From UHGV virus genome UHGV-0083030: 39,320 bases of DNA; one strand, written 5' to 3'. The stretch's first letter is position 1; every line of letters starts with the position of its first letter. The translations under genes were made by a program, and so were the position numbers. This document shows, piece after piece, positions 15,855 through 23,807 of the stretch. Below the pieces are notes generated by a model, which saw only the letters and a list, made by a program, of their open reading frames with translations, had not been told where the DNA came from and ran no database searches. This stretch comes from a virus.

Positions 15855-17418
15855 GAGCAGTACCGAATACTGGCGAAAAAGAGAAGAAGAGAACCTGAAA
15901 AAGAATCTTCTGACCGAAGAAGAGTATGTACAGCATATTCATGACATTCTGGACTATACCGCAGATCAGATCCAGAGAGAGATCAATGGATTCTATACCA
16001 AGTATGCTAGGCAGGAAGGTATTTCTCTTGCGGAGGCGAAGCGCCGGATCAAGTCCGCTGACGTGGAAGAATTTGCCCGGAAAGCGAAGAAGTATGTGAA
16101 AGAAAAGAACTTCTCCAAGCAGGCAAATGAGGAGATGCGTCTGTACAATGCCACCATGAAGATCAATCGCTTGGAACTGCTGAAAGCAAACATCGGTCTG
16201 GAGCTGGTTTCCGGGTTCGACGAGCTGCAAAAGTACAACGAGGAGATCCTGACGGACCGGACGAAAGAGGAACTGGAGCGTCAGGCCGGAATCCTTGGCG
16301 GAACAGTCCAGAACAATGAGAAGATGGTCAGCTCCATCGTCAACGGTTCTTTTCACAATGCGACCTATTCGGAGAGGATCTGGCTGTATCAAGACATGAT
16401 GAAGAATGAGCTGGACAAGCTCCTGAGGCAGGGGCTGATTCAGGGGAAGAATCCCAGACAGCTGGCGACACATCTTCAGAAGCTGTTTGGAACGTGCAAG
16501 TACGTGGCAGAGCGTCTGATGCGGACAGAGTTGGCAAGAGTCCAGATCGATGCACAGAAGCAGTCTTTTGAGAAGAACGGGTATGAGCAGTATACGTTCC
16601 TGTCGCTTGGAAGTGCCTGTGGTTCTTGCAAAGCTCTGAACGGAAAGCATTTCGACGTGTCGAAAATGATGCCGGGAGACAATGCTCCACCGATCCACCC
16701 GAACTGCCGGTGCTCTGTGTCTGCTTATATGGACGATGACAGCTATAATGAGTGGCTGGATACGTACAAAGAGCATGGATTGAGCTATGAGGAGTGGATG
16801 GAGAGAAATTCAGTTGCAAAGAGTGGTAGAAGTGATATAATTGAACCAGAAGATGAAGGGGCTTTATTTACTGATCCAAGGAATATGTCTAATAATTTGG
16901 AGGAGATGTCCTTACAAGTAAATAATTTTCTTGATTCATTAAATCTTCCAAGTAGCAAATGGAGTGGAATAACAAAGGTTGTAGGACGTAAAGATTTACG
17001 AAGTGCTATTGGAAGAACCAAATCTAATGGTGATATATTGTTGAGATCGGGTGCTGGAGTTAAAACAGTAATTCACGAACATTTGCATACGAGATCTGTT
17101 TTGTATAATACGAGAGCATATCGAAAATATAAATGGTTTGAAGAAAATGCATGTGAGATGCTTGCAGAAGAGTTATGTAATAAATATGGAGTGAAATATA
17201 CGAGGACATATAAAAGAGTGGTGGAGCCACTAAGAGATATAGCAAGAACTACGAACTTTTATGTGTCAGACTATGATTTCGCAGTGGACTATTTTAATGC
17301 AGGCATTGAAAATAGAGAACAATGGCTGATAGAATTAGTAAATAAAGAAAAGGATTTATCCGTAAAGGAGCGCATACTCAAATCAATAGAGGAGATTAGA
17401 AATGTCAAAAAGCCTTAA
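15805..17418 (+). CDS. Minor head protein, MuF/SPP1 gp7 family, fused to a low-GC C-terminal HExxH (putative zinc metallopeptidase/effector) domain
   Basis: 537 aa; MuF hallmark NGKHFDVSKMMPGDNAPPIHPNCRCSV (about 16640-16720); the C-terminal ~200 aa (from ~16800) are clearly AT-richer and contain VIHEHLHT (HExxH, 17074-17088); start could also be ATG 15820 or 15826. Confidence 0.85.
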   Translation: MEPVVMEMAQKIVQKSKSSTEYWRKREEENLKKNLLTEEEYVQHIHDILDYTADQIQREINGFYTKYARQEGISLAEAKRRIKSADVEEFARKAKKYVKEKNFSKQANEEMRLYNATMKINRLELLKANIGLELVSGFDELQKYNEEILTDRTKEELERQAGILGGTVQNNEKMVSSIVNGSFHNATYSERIWLYQDMMKNELDKLLRQGLIQGKNPRQLATHLQKLFGTCKYVAERLMRTELARVQIDAQKQSFEKNGYEQYTFLSLGSACGSCKALNGKHFDVSKMMPGDNAPPIHPNCRCSVSAYMDDDSYNEWLDTYKEHGLSYEEWMERNSVAKSGRSDIIEPEDEGALFTDPRNMSNNLEEMSLQVNNFLDSLNLPSSKWSGITKVVGRKDLRSAIGRTKSNGDILLRSGAGVKTVIHEHLHTRSVLYNTRAYRKYKWFEENACEMLAEELCNKYGVKYTRTYKRVVEPLRDIARTTNFYVSDYDFAVDYFNAGIENREQWLIELVNKEKDLSVKERILKSIEEIRNVKKP

Positions 17419-17584
17419 AGAGCTAGAAGAAATGATTTTTGAAGGAGATAGAACGGATGAGGAATGGCTGAGAGTAGAAAAGGAAGTAGAAGAAGCATGG
17501 GGATATTCAAGTGATGAGGAAAAGCGTGACTTTGAAGAAAGCGGTGCTGGGGATATGCTTGGTCAAATAATCGAATTTTTGTGA
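17402..17584 (+). CDS. Small acidic protein (60 aa), candidate cognate partner/immunity of the MuF C-terminal domain
   Basis: Overlaps the MuF stop; same low-GC island; very acidic (MSKSLKELEEMIFEGDRTDEEWLRVEKEVEEAWGYSSDEEKRDFEESG...); followed by a strong terminator. Confidence 0.5.
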   Translation: MSKSLKELEEMIFEGDRTDEEWLRVEKEVEEAWGYSSDEEKRDFEESGAGDMLGQIIEFL

Positions 17585-17611
17585 TTTATTATAGATTGAA
17601 AATAAGACAGA

Positions 17612-17645
17612 ATACCACTGACCATAATGGTCGGTGGTATTTTTA
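17612..17645 (+). terminator. Rho-independent terminator (12-bp stem AUACCACUGACC/GGUCGGUGGUAU, one mismatch, + U tract)
   Basis: Inverted repeat 17612-17623 / 17629-17640, loop ATAAT, then TTTT. Confidence 0.65.
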
Positions 17646-17669
17646 TGCGCATTTTTAGGAGGTAAGACC

Positions 17670-17936
17670 ATGAAAACAAATCCTGAAACACAAGAAAGAT
17701 GGATTGAAGCGGTAAAAAGCTGTGGACAGTCCTTGATTGATAATGCTGAAGAAATTGCTGGAGATTATGAGTATGAAACAGGAGTAGATATCACAATTTC
17801 GCTCAAGCCGAACGAAATTGCGGAAATAAAAGTTGCGACAACCTTTATCCCGAAAACCAGAAAAGGGGAAGGAATAGTGACTCTTCCAAATGGAACAACA
17901 GATAATAAATACCGATTCTTTAATGAGGAGAGATAA
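17670..17936 (+). CDS. Hypothetical 88-aa protein (MKTNPETQERWIEAVKSCGQSLIDNAEEIAGDYEYETG...)
   Basis: Start ATG 17670 with AGGAGG 7 nt upstream, in the frame of track ORF 17634-17936; in the low-GC island. Confidence 0.5.
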   Translation: MKTNPETQERWIEAVKSCGQSLIDNAEEIAGDYEYETGVDITISLKPNEIAEIKVATTFIPKTRKGEGIVTLPNGTTDNKYRFFNEER

Positions 17937-17937
17937 A

Positions 17938-18225
17938 GTGAATATACCAAAGTCAGTCAAAATTCTGTATAAGAATTATAAGATCGAAAGACGTGAGGAA
18001 CTGCACGATGGAGCAGAAGAGTTGTATGGACAGATTCAGTATCTTGAAGGAAAGATTCTGCTTCGGGAGGGTGTGTCTGTGGAACAGCAGGAATCGACAC
18101 TTTGCCATGAAATGCTGCACGGACTTGATGACATGTATTCTATTGGCTTGAAAGAAAAGCAAGTAGAAAAGCTTGGAAATGCATTGTATATGTTGATTCG
18201 GGACAATCCGGAGATTTTCAGATAG
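17938..18225 (+). CDS. Minimal ImmA/IrrE-like (DUF955-type) HExxH metallopeptidase-like protein, 95 aa
   Basis: GTG 17938 right after the previous stop with GAGGAG 8 nt upstream (track ORF 17890-18225); ...GVSVEQQESTLCHEMLHGL... matches the ImmA pattern (..s.e.qrFtlAHELGH); low-GC island. Confidence 0.5.
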   Translation: MNIPKSVKILYKNYKIERREELHDGAEELYGQIQYLEGKILLREGVSVEQQESTLCHEMLHGLDDMYSIGLKEKQVEKLGNALYMLIRDNPEIFR

Positions 18226-18237
18226 GAGGCGAGATTC

Positions 18238-18309
18238 ATGGCAACATCAACCATTAATATTTTAATCATCTGCATCGCCATCATTATTCTGGCAAGGACA
18301 GGACGATGA
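18238..18309 (+). CDS. 23-aa hydrophobic peptide (MATSTINILIICIAIIILARTGR)
   Basis: ATG 18238 with GGAGG 9 nt upstream; ATGA overlap with next ORF; very short, speculative. Confidence 0.25.
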   Translation: MATSTINILIICIAIIILARTGR

Positions 18310-18515
18310 AAGCGACGTATATCGTGACCGATGTAGCAGATCGGATTGCTCCGAAGTGGCTGGCGAACCGGATCAGCTACAAAGGCGTGAAGTTTCTGTA
18401 CACGTTCGATGATGGGAAATCTGTACTGAAGGGAGTGAGAATTGGGGATGAAATGGCAAGAATTGGGGATGCGATACATTTTGACGGGAATCGGATGTCA
18501 ATAGAGAGGCGGTGA
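18306..18515 (+). CDS. Hypothetical 69-aa protein
   Basis: ORF coupled to the upstream peptide; no recognised domain. Confidence 0.4.
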   Translation: MKATYIVTDVADRIAPKWLANRISYKGVKFLYTFDDGKSVLKGVRIGDEMARIGDAIHFDGNRMSIERR

Positions 18516-18569
18516 TCCTTACATCTCCCACCGGCAGGGAACGACCGGAAGAAAAAGGAGTGGTGTGAT

Positions 18570-18857
18570 TTGATTGAGGTAAGCGTGAGGCTGGATGGAA
18601 TTACGATATCCGGCCATGCAAATTATGCACCGGAAGGATCCGACGTGGTATGTGCTGCGATTACGGTCCTGACGCAGACGCTGATCCAGTCGTTAGAAGA
18701 CTTATCAGCGGACAAAATTGAATACGAAATGTCACCCGGATGGTTTGATATAAAATGCAGGAATCTGTCAGAGGAAGGTTGTCTTCTGGTGGATTCCTTT
18801 TTCATTGGCATCTGTATGGTGTCCTATGAATTTCCGGAGTGTGTCCGGATTGTGTAA
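18570..18857 (+). CDS. prp: Prp-family cysteine protease (ribosomal-processing cysteine protease homolog; phage prohead protease for scaffold/capsid N-terminal trimming)
   Basis: 95 aa; ISGHANYAPEGSDVVCAAITVL carries the conserved His and Cys dyad context of Prp/DUF464; TTG start with AAGGAG upstream; lies immediately before scaffold and capsid genes whose N-termini carry the Prp cleavage motif. Confidence 0.75.
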   Translation: MIEVSVRLDGITISGHANYAPEGSDVVCAAITVLTQTLIQSLEDLSADKIEYEMSPGWFDIKCRNLSEEGCLLVDSFFIGICMVSYEFPECVRIV

Positions 18858-18985
18858 CGGGTGTGTCCGAAATGACGTAAAACTATGATTCGACGGAATG
18901 CCCTGGGCTTCAGTGAATGGGGTGGGCCAGAAAGGATAGATGTATGAAACACATGAACAACTTTTATGGTGGTTGGAGAATTCCA

Positions 18986-19636
18986 ATGACCAATTTGCAG
19001 CTGTTTGCGGAAGGTGATGGAGACGACGGCGGATCCGGAGATGGAAACGGTGACGGTACCGGAACAGGGGATGGAAATGGCGAAGGAAACAATGGAAATG
19101 GTTCGATGTCATTTGACGACTTCCTGAAAGGGGAAGGAAATCAGGCAGAGTTTGACCGCAGAGTCCAGAAAGCAGTCAAGACTGCAGTGACCAATGCACA
19201 GGAGAAATGGCAGGCACTGACAGATGACAAACTGTCGGAAGCGGAGAAACTGGCGAAGATGACCAAGGAAGAGAAGACGGAGTATGAAATGAACAAGCTG
19301 AAAAAGCAGCTCGCAGATCTTCAGAAGCAGTCAAATCGTTCCGATATGGCAAAGACTGCAAGAAAGATGCTTCAGGATGAAGAGATTAACCTTCCAGATG
19401 AATTGCTTGGACATCTGATCACAGACGATGCTGATGGAACAAAGAAAGCGGTAGAGTCTTTTGCGAAGCTGTTTAAAGAGGCAGTTCTGGCCGAAGTAAA
19501 GCAGACTTTAAAGGGAAAAACTCCAAGAGCAGGTTCAGGTGGCAAGGGAACTATGACAAAAGAACAGATTCTGGCAATTAAGAATCCGTCAGAGAGACAG
19601 AAACTGATTGCTGAAAATCTGGAATTATTTCAATAG
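18986..19636 (+). CDS. Scaffolding protein with Prp-cleavable leader (MTNLQLFA|EG...)
   Basis: Start set to ATG 18986 (GGAG 8 nt upstream) in the frame of track ORF 18917-19636; Gly/Asp-rich low-complexity segment then coiled-coil-like helical region with lysine-rich C-terminus; position between prp and capsid. Confidence 0.7.
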   Translation: MTNLQLFAEGDGDDGGSGDGNGDGTGTGDGNGEGNNGNGSMSFDDFLKGEGNQAEFDRRVQKAVKTAVTNAQEKWQALTDDKLSEAEKLAKMTKEEKTEYEMNKLKKQLADLQKQSNRSDMAKTARKMLQDEEINLPDELLGHLITDDADGTKKAVESFAKLFKEAVLAEVKQTLKGKTPRAGSGGKGTMTKEQILAIKNPSERQKLIAENLELFQ

Positions 19637-19654
19637 AAGAAAGGTAGGAAGATT

Positions 19655-20863
19655 ATGAATAAGAATAGAAAATTCGGTTTACAGATTTTTGCAGCTCCGG
19701 ACAACATGACCGGAACAGCACAGGTTCAGACAAGAGCGAGAGAAATTGATTTTGTAACATCTTTTAGCAAAAACTTACAGGCGTTGCTGGATGTTATGGG
19801 TATTACCCGGATGATCAAAAAGGAGAATGGTTCTACTTTAAAGACCAAAAAGGTTACCGGAACACTGCAGAGCGGTGCGGTAGCGGAAGGAGATGAAATT
19901 CCGCTGTCTCAGTACCAGGTGGAAGAAGTGCCGTTCGATACAATCCGCATCGAAAAGTACAGAAAGGGAGTATCTCTGGAAGCGATTGCAGAAAAAGGCT
20001 ATGATGCTGCAGTTCAGTCCACGGATGATGAATTCAAGTCTGATCTGATCAATGTGGTAACTGGAAAATTCTACACGCAGCTGAAAGCAGGCTCTCTTGT
20101 GGGGCACGAATCCACCTGGCAGATGGCTGTTGCTATGGCGATCGGAAAAGTTGTGGACAAGTTCCAGAAAATGAAGAGAACTGCAACTGGTGTGGCGCTC
20201 TGGGTGAACACACTGGACGTGTATAAATACATCGGTGCTGCTGACATTACTCTTCAGACCGCTTTTGGATTTAAGTATGTGACGGATTTCATGGGAGCAG
20301 ATGTCGTGTTTGTTTCTTCTGAGATTCCGGAGAATGTGGTTGTAGCGACTCCGCTGAACAACCTGGTTGCATACTACGTAGATCCAGGCGACTCTGAGTT
20401 TGTGAAAGCAGGACTTCAGTATACAACTGATACTGAAACAGGCTTCATCGGATTCCATGCGCAGGGAACTTATGAGAGAGCAATCTCTGATATGTTTGCA
20501 ATCATGGGCCTGAGACTGTTCTGCGAGTATCAGGATGCAATTGCTTATATCGCAGTTGGCGGAGCTGATACACAGACACTTGGAACCCTGACCGTAACAT
20601 CCGAAGCAGGAAGCGAGACAGGAAAGACAAAGCTGTCTGTATCAGAACAGCTGCAGTCTCCGAGAAACTGTTGGAAGTATAAGGATGCGGCATCTGCTAC
20701 TTCCGTGACTTACGGAATGGATGTGAAAAACTGGAGCAAATGGGATGGAGAATCCGAGATTAGCTCCACGGCAACACACCACATTACTGTAGTGGAATGT
20801 GATCAGAACTACAAAGCCGTGAAGTCCGGTGATGTGGCTGTTACAGTCAATGCTGGAGATTAA
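19655..20863 (+). CDS. Major capsid protein with Prp-cleavable leader (...KFGLQIFA|APDN)
   Basis: 402 aa; position after scaffold; N-terminal LQIFA motif like L27 and staphylococcal phage 80alpha capsid leaders; possible C-terminal Ig-like decoration domain. Confidence 0.8.
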   Translation: MNKNRKFGLQIFAAPDNMTGTAQVQTRAREIDFVTSFSKNLQALLDVMGITRMIKKENGSTLKTKKVTGTLQSGAVAEGDEIPLSQYQVEEVPFDTIRIEKYRKGVSLEAIAEKGYDAAVQSTDDEFKSDLINVVTGKFYTQLKAGSLVGHESTWQMAVAMAIGKVVDKFQKMKRTATGVALWVNTLDVYKYIGAADITLQTAFGFKYVTDFMGADVVFVSSEIPENVVVATPLNNLVAYYVDPGDSEFVKAGLQYTTDTETGFIGFHAQGTYERAISDMFAIMGLRLFCEYQDAIAYIAVGGADTQTLGTLTVTSEAGSETGKTKLSVSEQLQSPRNCWKYKDAASATSVTYGMDVKNWSKWDGESEISSTATHHITVVECDQNYKAVKSGDVAVTVNAGD

Positions 20864-20874
20864 GGAGAATTCGC

Positions 20875-21105
20875 ATGTATCAGGTGATGGAATATTTTAC
20901 AGATCTCCATGATGCGGATCATGAATATCATCCGGGGGACATTTTCCCCCGTGAGGGTATTTCGGTGTCAGAGGAGCGCTTGAGAGAACTGTCCGGATCA
21001 GACAATAAAAGAGGGATGCCTCTGATTGCGAAGATCCAGGACGAACCGGAACAGTCAGAAGGAACAGAACCGAACACGGATATTGCAAAAGCAACAGAGG
21101 CCTGA
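20875..21105 (+). CDS. Hypothetical 76-aa head-module protein
   Basis: ORF between capsid and connector genes; no recognised domain. Confidence 0.45.
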   Translation: MYQVMEYFTDLHDADHEYHPGDIFPREGISVSEERLRELSGSDNKRGMPLIAKIQDEPEQSEGTEPNTDIAKATEA

Positions 21106-21118
21106 TGGAGGTGAGAAG

Positions 21119-21448
21119 ATGCTGGAAGATTTGAAAAGTCTGCTTGGCTTGCCGGAAGAAACGGACGAAGCGCTGGACAAGCGATTGAACCTGATTCTGT
21201 CAGGAACCAAGAGCCGATTGAAGAGTCTGCTTGGCGGGATCGAGCCACCAGAAGAACTGAACTATATCATCCTGGAAGTGTCTGTGATCCGGTACAACCG
21301 GATTGGATCCGAAGGCTTATCTGCTCATACCGTCGAAGGGGAGAGTCAGTCGTTTTCTGCTGATGATTTCTCTGGGTATCGTGATGATATTCAGGATTTT
21401 TTGGACAGACAACAGGATGCATTAAAGGGTAAGGTGAGATTCTTATGA
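21119..21448 (+). CDS. Head-tail connector (gp6/gp15-like DNA-packaging/head completion protein)
   Basis: Start ATG 21119 (GGAGGTGA upstream) in the frame of track ORF 21026-21448; MLEDLKSLLGLPEETDEALDKRLNLIL... matches the typical connector N-terminus. Confidence 0.65.
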   Translation: MLEDLKSLLGLPEETDEALDKRLNLILSGTKSRLKSLLGGIEPPEELNYIILEVSVIRYNRIGSEGLSAHTVEGESQSFSADDFSGYRDDIQDFLDRQQDALKGKVRFL

Positions 21449-21750
21449 GATATGATACCAGAATCTACATGAGAACGGTGGAACTGGGAACCTATGATCC
21501 TGCAACCGGAAACTACGGGGAGCCGAAGATCTCCGAAGTGGAACAGATGGCAGCCATTCAGGATACTGGAGAGGAACGGATGAAGCTGCTGTACGGGAAG
21601 CTTAGTCAGGGGAGTCTGACAATCCAGTTGCAGAATCATTATGACGATCCGTTTGACCGGATTCGGATTGGTGAGAAACTGTACACCGTAGATATGAGCC
21701 GGAGACTCCGGACAAAACAGATCTATGTGGTGTCGGAGGTGCAGGAGTGA
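21445..21750 (+). CDS. Head-tail adaptor/head closure protein
   Basis: 101 aa; position and size; ATGA coupling. Confidence 0.55.
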   Translation: MRYDTRIYMRTVELGTYDPATGNYGEPKISEVEQMAAIQDTGEERMKLLYGKLSQGSLTIQLQNHYDDPFDRIRIGEKLYTVDMSRRLRTKQIYVVSEVQE

Positions 21751-22079
21751 AGATAAAGATCACGGGAATGAACGAACTGAGAACCGGACTGGATAAGAGG
21801 ATGGATCTGAAAGCTGTCCGGACTGTGGTACAGAAGAATGGTGCAGATCTCCAGAGAAACGCACAGGAAAAAGCTCCGGTGGATACCGGAACATTGAAGC
21901 GGAGTATCGGTCTGAATCTGACAGATTCCGGTCTGACGGCAACCGTTGCGCCGACGGTAGAGTATGCGCCCTATCAGGAATTTGGAACCCGGTATATGGA
22001 TGCGCAGCCCTTTGTGGGACCGGCATTCAATGAGCAGAAAAATAAATTTGTAAACGATATGAAAAAACTGGTGAAGTGA
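21747..22079 (+). CDS. HK97 gp10-family tail-proximal protein
   Basis: 110 aa; TG.LKRSI...YA.YQEFGTRYM.AQPF pattern typical of the HK97-gp10 family. Confidence 0.65.
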   Translation: MKIKITGMNELRTGLDKRMDLKAVRTVVQKNGADLQRNAQEKAPVDTGTLKRSIGLNLTDSGLTATVAPTVEYAPYQEFGTRYMDAQPFVGPAFNEQKNKFVNDMKKLVK

Positions 22080-22090
22080 GGTGAAGGCAG

Positions 22091-22486
22091 ATGGATCCAC
22101 AACAGGAATTATTCAGCTCATTGCTGGTGAAGTTACGTAAGGCGTTTGAACAGGAAGGAATTTCTGTGTATGACGGAGTGCTCCCGCCAAAAGGAACGAC
22201 TTATCCGTTTGTGTATCTGGCAGAATCCCAACAGGTTGATGCGGCAAACAAGACGGCAATCTTCGGCTCCGTCTATCAGACAATCAACGTCTGGCACAAC
22301 GAACCGCATCAGAGAGGGACGGTTTCCAAGTGTCTGCTGATGATCAAGCAGATCAGCCGGACTCTGGAACATACGGAGAATCATGCCTGGTCAGTGGGAG
22401 ACGTGAATCAGCAAATTCTGCCGGACAACACCACCAGTGAGGCATTGTTACATGGAATATTAAACATAGAATTTAAATTCAGCTAA
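22091..22486 (+). CDS. Putative tail completion/terminator protein
   Basis: 131 aa; position immediately before the major tail protein. Confidence 0.5.
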   Translation: MDPQQELFSSLLVKLRKAFEQEGISVYDGVLPPKGTTYPFVYLAESQQVDAANKTAIFGSVYQTINVWHNEPHQRGTVSKCLLMIKQISRTLEHTENHAWSVGDVNQQILPDNTTSEALLHGILNIEFKFS

Positions 22487-22499
22487 GGAGGAAAAGAAT

Positions 22500-23030
22500 A
22501 TGAGATTTAGCAAATTGCAGTTATTTGCAGAGGCGGTACAGGGAAAGAAAATCATTTATCTGTATCGGGTAAAAGAGGAATCGGCAACCGAAGATGCCAT
22601 GCAGCTTGCATTTACCACGGAAAACGGAAGAACAAAGAGTAAGGATGCAGATTCCACTGCTACAAAGGACGGCTCCATTCGGACTCCGGGCGTGGCAGAG
22701 GTAGAGATCACAGCCACCAGCATCCTGTCGAAAGGAGACACGCTGATTGAGAAACTGGAAACCGCATTGGATAAGGACCAGCTTCTGGAGATCTGGGAAG
22801 TCAATCTGGAAGAAAAGGGAACGACTACAAATTCCGGGAAATTCAAAGGAATGTATTTCCAGGGCTATCTGACAGAACTGGAAAAGACATCCAATGCAGA
22901 GGACATGGTAGAGATTTCCCTGACCTTTGGATGTAACGGAAACGGAAAAACAGGATATGTGACTGTGACAGAGGAACAGCAGGAAGCTGCAGACTATGTA
23001 TTCACAGATACACAGAAGACAGGGGCGTAA
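22500..23030 (+). CDS. Major tail protein (TP901-1-like) with N-terminal LQLFA motif
   Basis: 176 aa; position before chaperone/TMP; MRFSKLQLFA|EAV resembles the Prp cleavage motif; followed by a strong terminator. Confidence 0.75.
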   Translation: MRFSKLQLFAEAVQGKKIIYLYRVKEESATEDAMQLAFTTENGRTKSKDADSTATKDGSIRTPGVAEVEITATSILSKGDTLIEKLETALDKDQLLEIWEVNLEEKGTTTNSGKFKGMYFQGYLTELEKTSNAEDMVEISLTFGCNGNGKTGYVTVTEEQQEAADYVFTDTQKTGA

Positions 23031-23047
23031 GCGATACGCCCTTTTTT
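23023..23047 (+). terminator. Rho-independent terminator after major tail gene (GGGCGUA-agcga-UACGCCC + U6)
   Basis: Perfect 7-bp GC-rich stem containing the stop codon, then TTTTTT. Confidence 0.7.
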
Positions 23048-23064
23048 GATGGGAGGAAAACATT

Positions 23065-23433
23065 ATGGTAATGGAGATTAAAGGCACAGAGTACGAAGTG
23101 CATTTCGGGATCAAATTCATCCGGGAACTGGATAAGAAGTATGAAATCGAGCGGGAGAACATGAAGTTCGGAGCAGGTCTGGAAATGATCGTTCCGTTGT
23201 TGCTTGGATATGATGCGACGAAGTTGTCAGAGGTTCTGTATCTCAGCACTTGTACAGAGAAGAAACGCCCAAATCAGGAAAGCGTGGACGAATACGTGGA
23301 GAATCACGAAGACATCGAGAAGCTGTTCGAGGAGGTCATGGATGAGTTAAAAAACTCGAATGCTACTCGTCTGAAAGTGAAGGATCTCATGGAAGGTCTG
23401 GAGGAACTGGAGAACGGGAAGACAGTAGCGTAG
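23065..23433 (+). CDS. Tail assembly chaperone (gpG-like)
   Basis: 122 aa acidic protein between major tail and tape measure; overlapping downstream ORF in the -1 frame. Confidence 0.65.
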   Translation: MVMEIKGTEYEVHFGIKFIRELDKKYEIERENMKFGAGLEMIVPLLLGYDATKLSEVLYLSTCTEKKRPNQESVDEYVENHEDIEKLFEEVMDELKNSNATRLKVKDLMEGLEELENGKTVA

Positions 23434-23807
23434 AGAAAAGCTCGGAAGAAATGTATCAGGAGTTGCTGGTGAATTGTTTCCGGGGACTTGGAATCCGAAC
23501 TCTGAAAGAGGCGGAGGAAATGAGTTTCTATGAATACAGGATTCGGATGGAGGCTTATAACCTGCGCCAGTTCGATACGGAGTTCCATCTGCACGAGCTG
23601 GCATGGCTGAATCGTGAAGTGAAGGCAGAGCGGAAATCCGGAAAGAAAACGAAGCCGGTTTACAGAACCTTCAAGCAGTTCTTCGACTATGAGAAGATCC
23701 TAGACCGGTTTCGGGGCAAGAAAGAAAAACAGGACGAAACCAATTCAGCAGCGGCGAGGTACAGAGAATATATGAGAAGGAGGGGAGAGCATGGCGGAAA
23801 GTTATAG
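23349..23807 (+). CDS. Tail assembly chaperone -1 frameshift extension (gpGT-like product; slippery A_AAA_AAC at 23349-23355)
   Basis: -1 frame opens at 23346, just after a stop, and the heptamer AAAAAAC sits in the X_XXY_YYZ register of the G frame; the extension runs to 23807 (track ORF 23451-23807 is its internal-Met part). Confidence 0.5.
   Translation, partial: KKLECYSSESEGSHGRSGGTGEREDSSVEKSSEEMYQELLVNCFRGLGIRTLKEAEEMSFYEYRIRMEAYNLRQFDTEFHLHELAWLNREVKAERKSGKKTKPVYRTFKQFFDYEKILDRFRGKKEKQDETNSAAARYREYMRRRGEHGGKL

Noticed and set aside
15730-16776. 348-aa minus-strand ORF (and nested 16340-16819)
   Set aside because: Antisense to the portal/MuF genes, which have clear homology; Arg/Leu/Ser-rich composition typical of GC-skewed antisense frames
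22521-23249. 242-aa minus-strand ORF
   Set aside because: Antisense to the major tail and chaperone genes; no support
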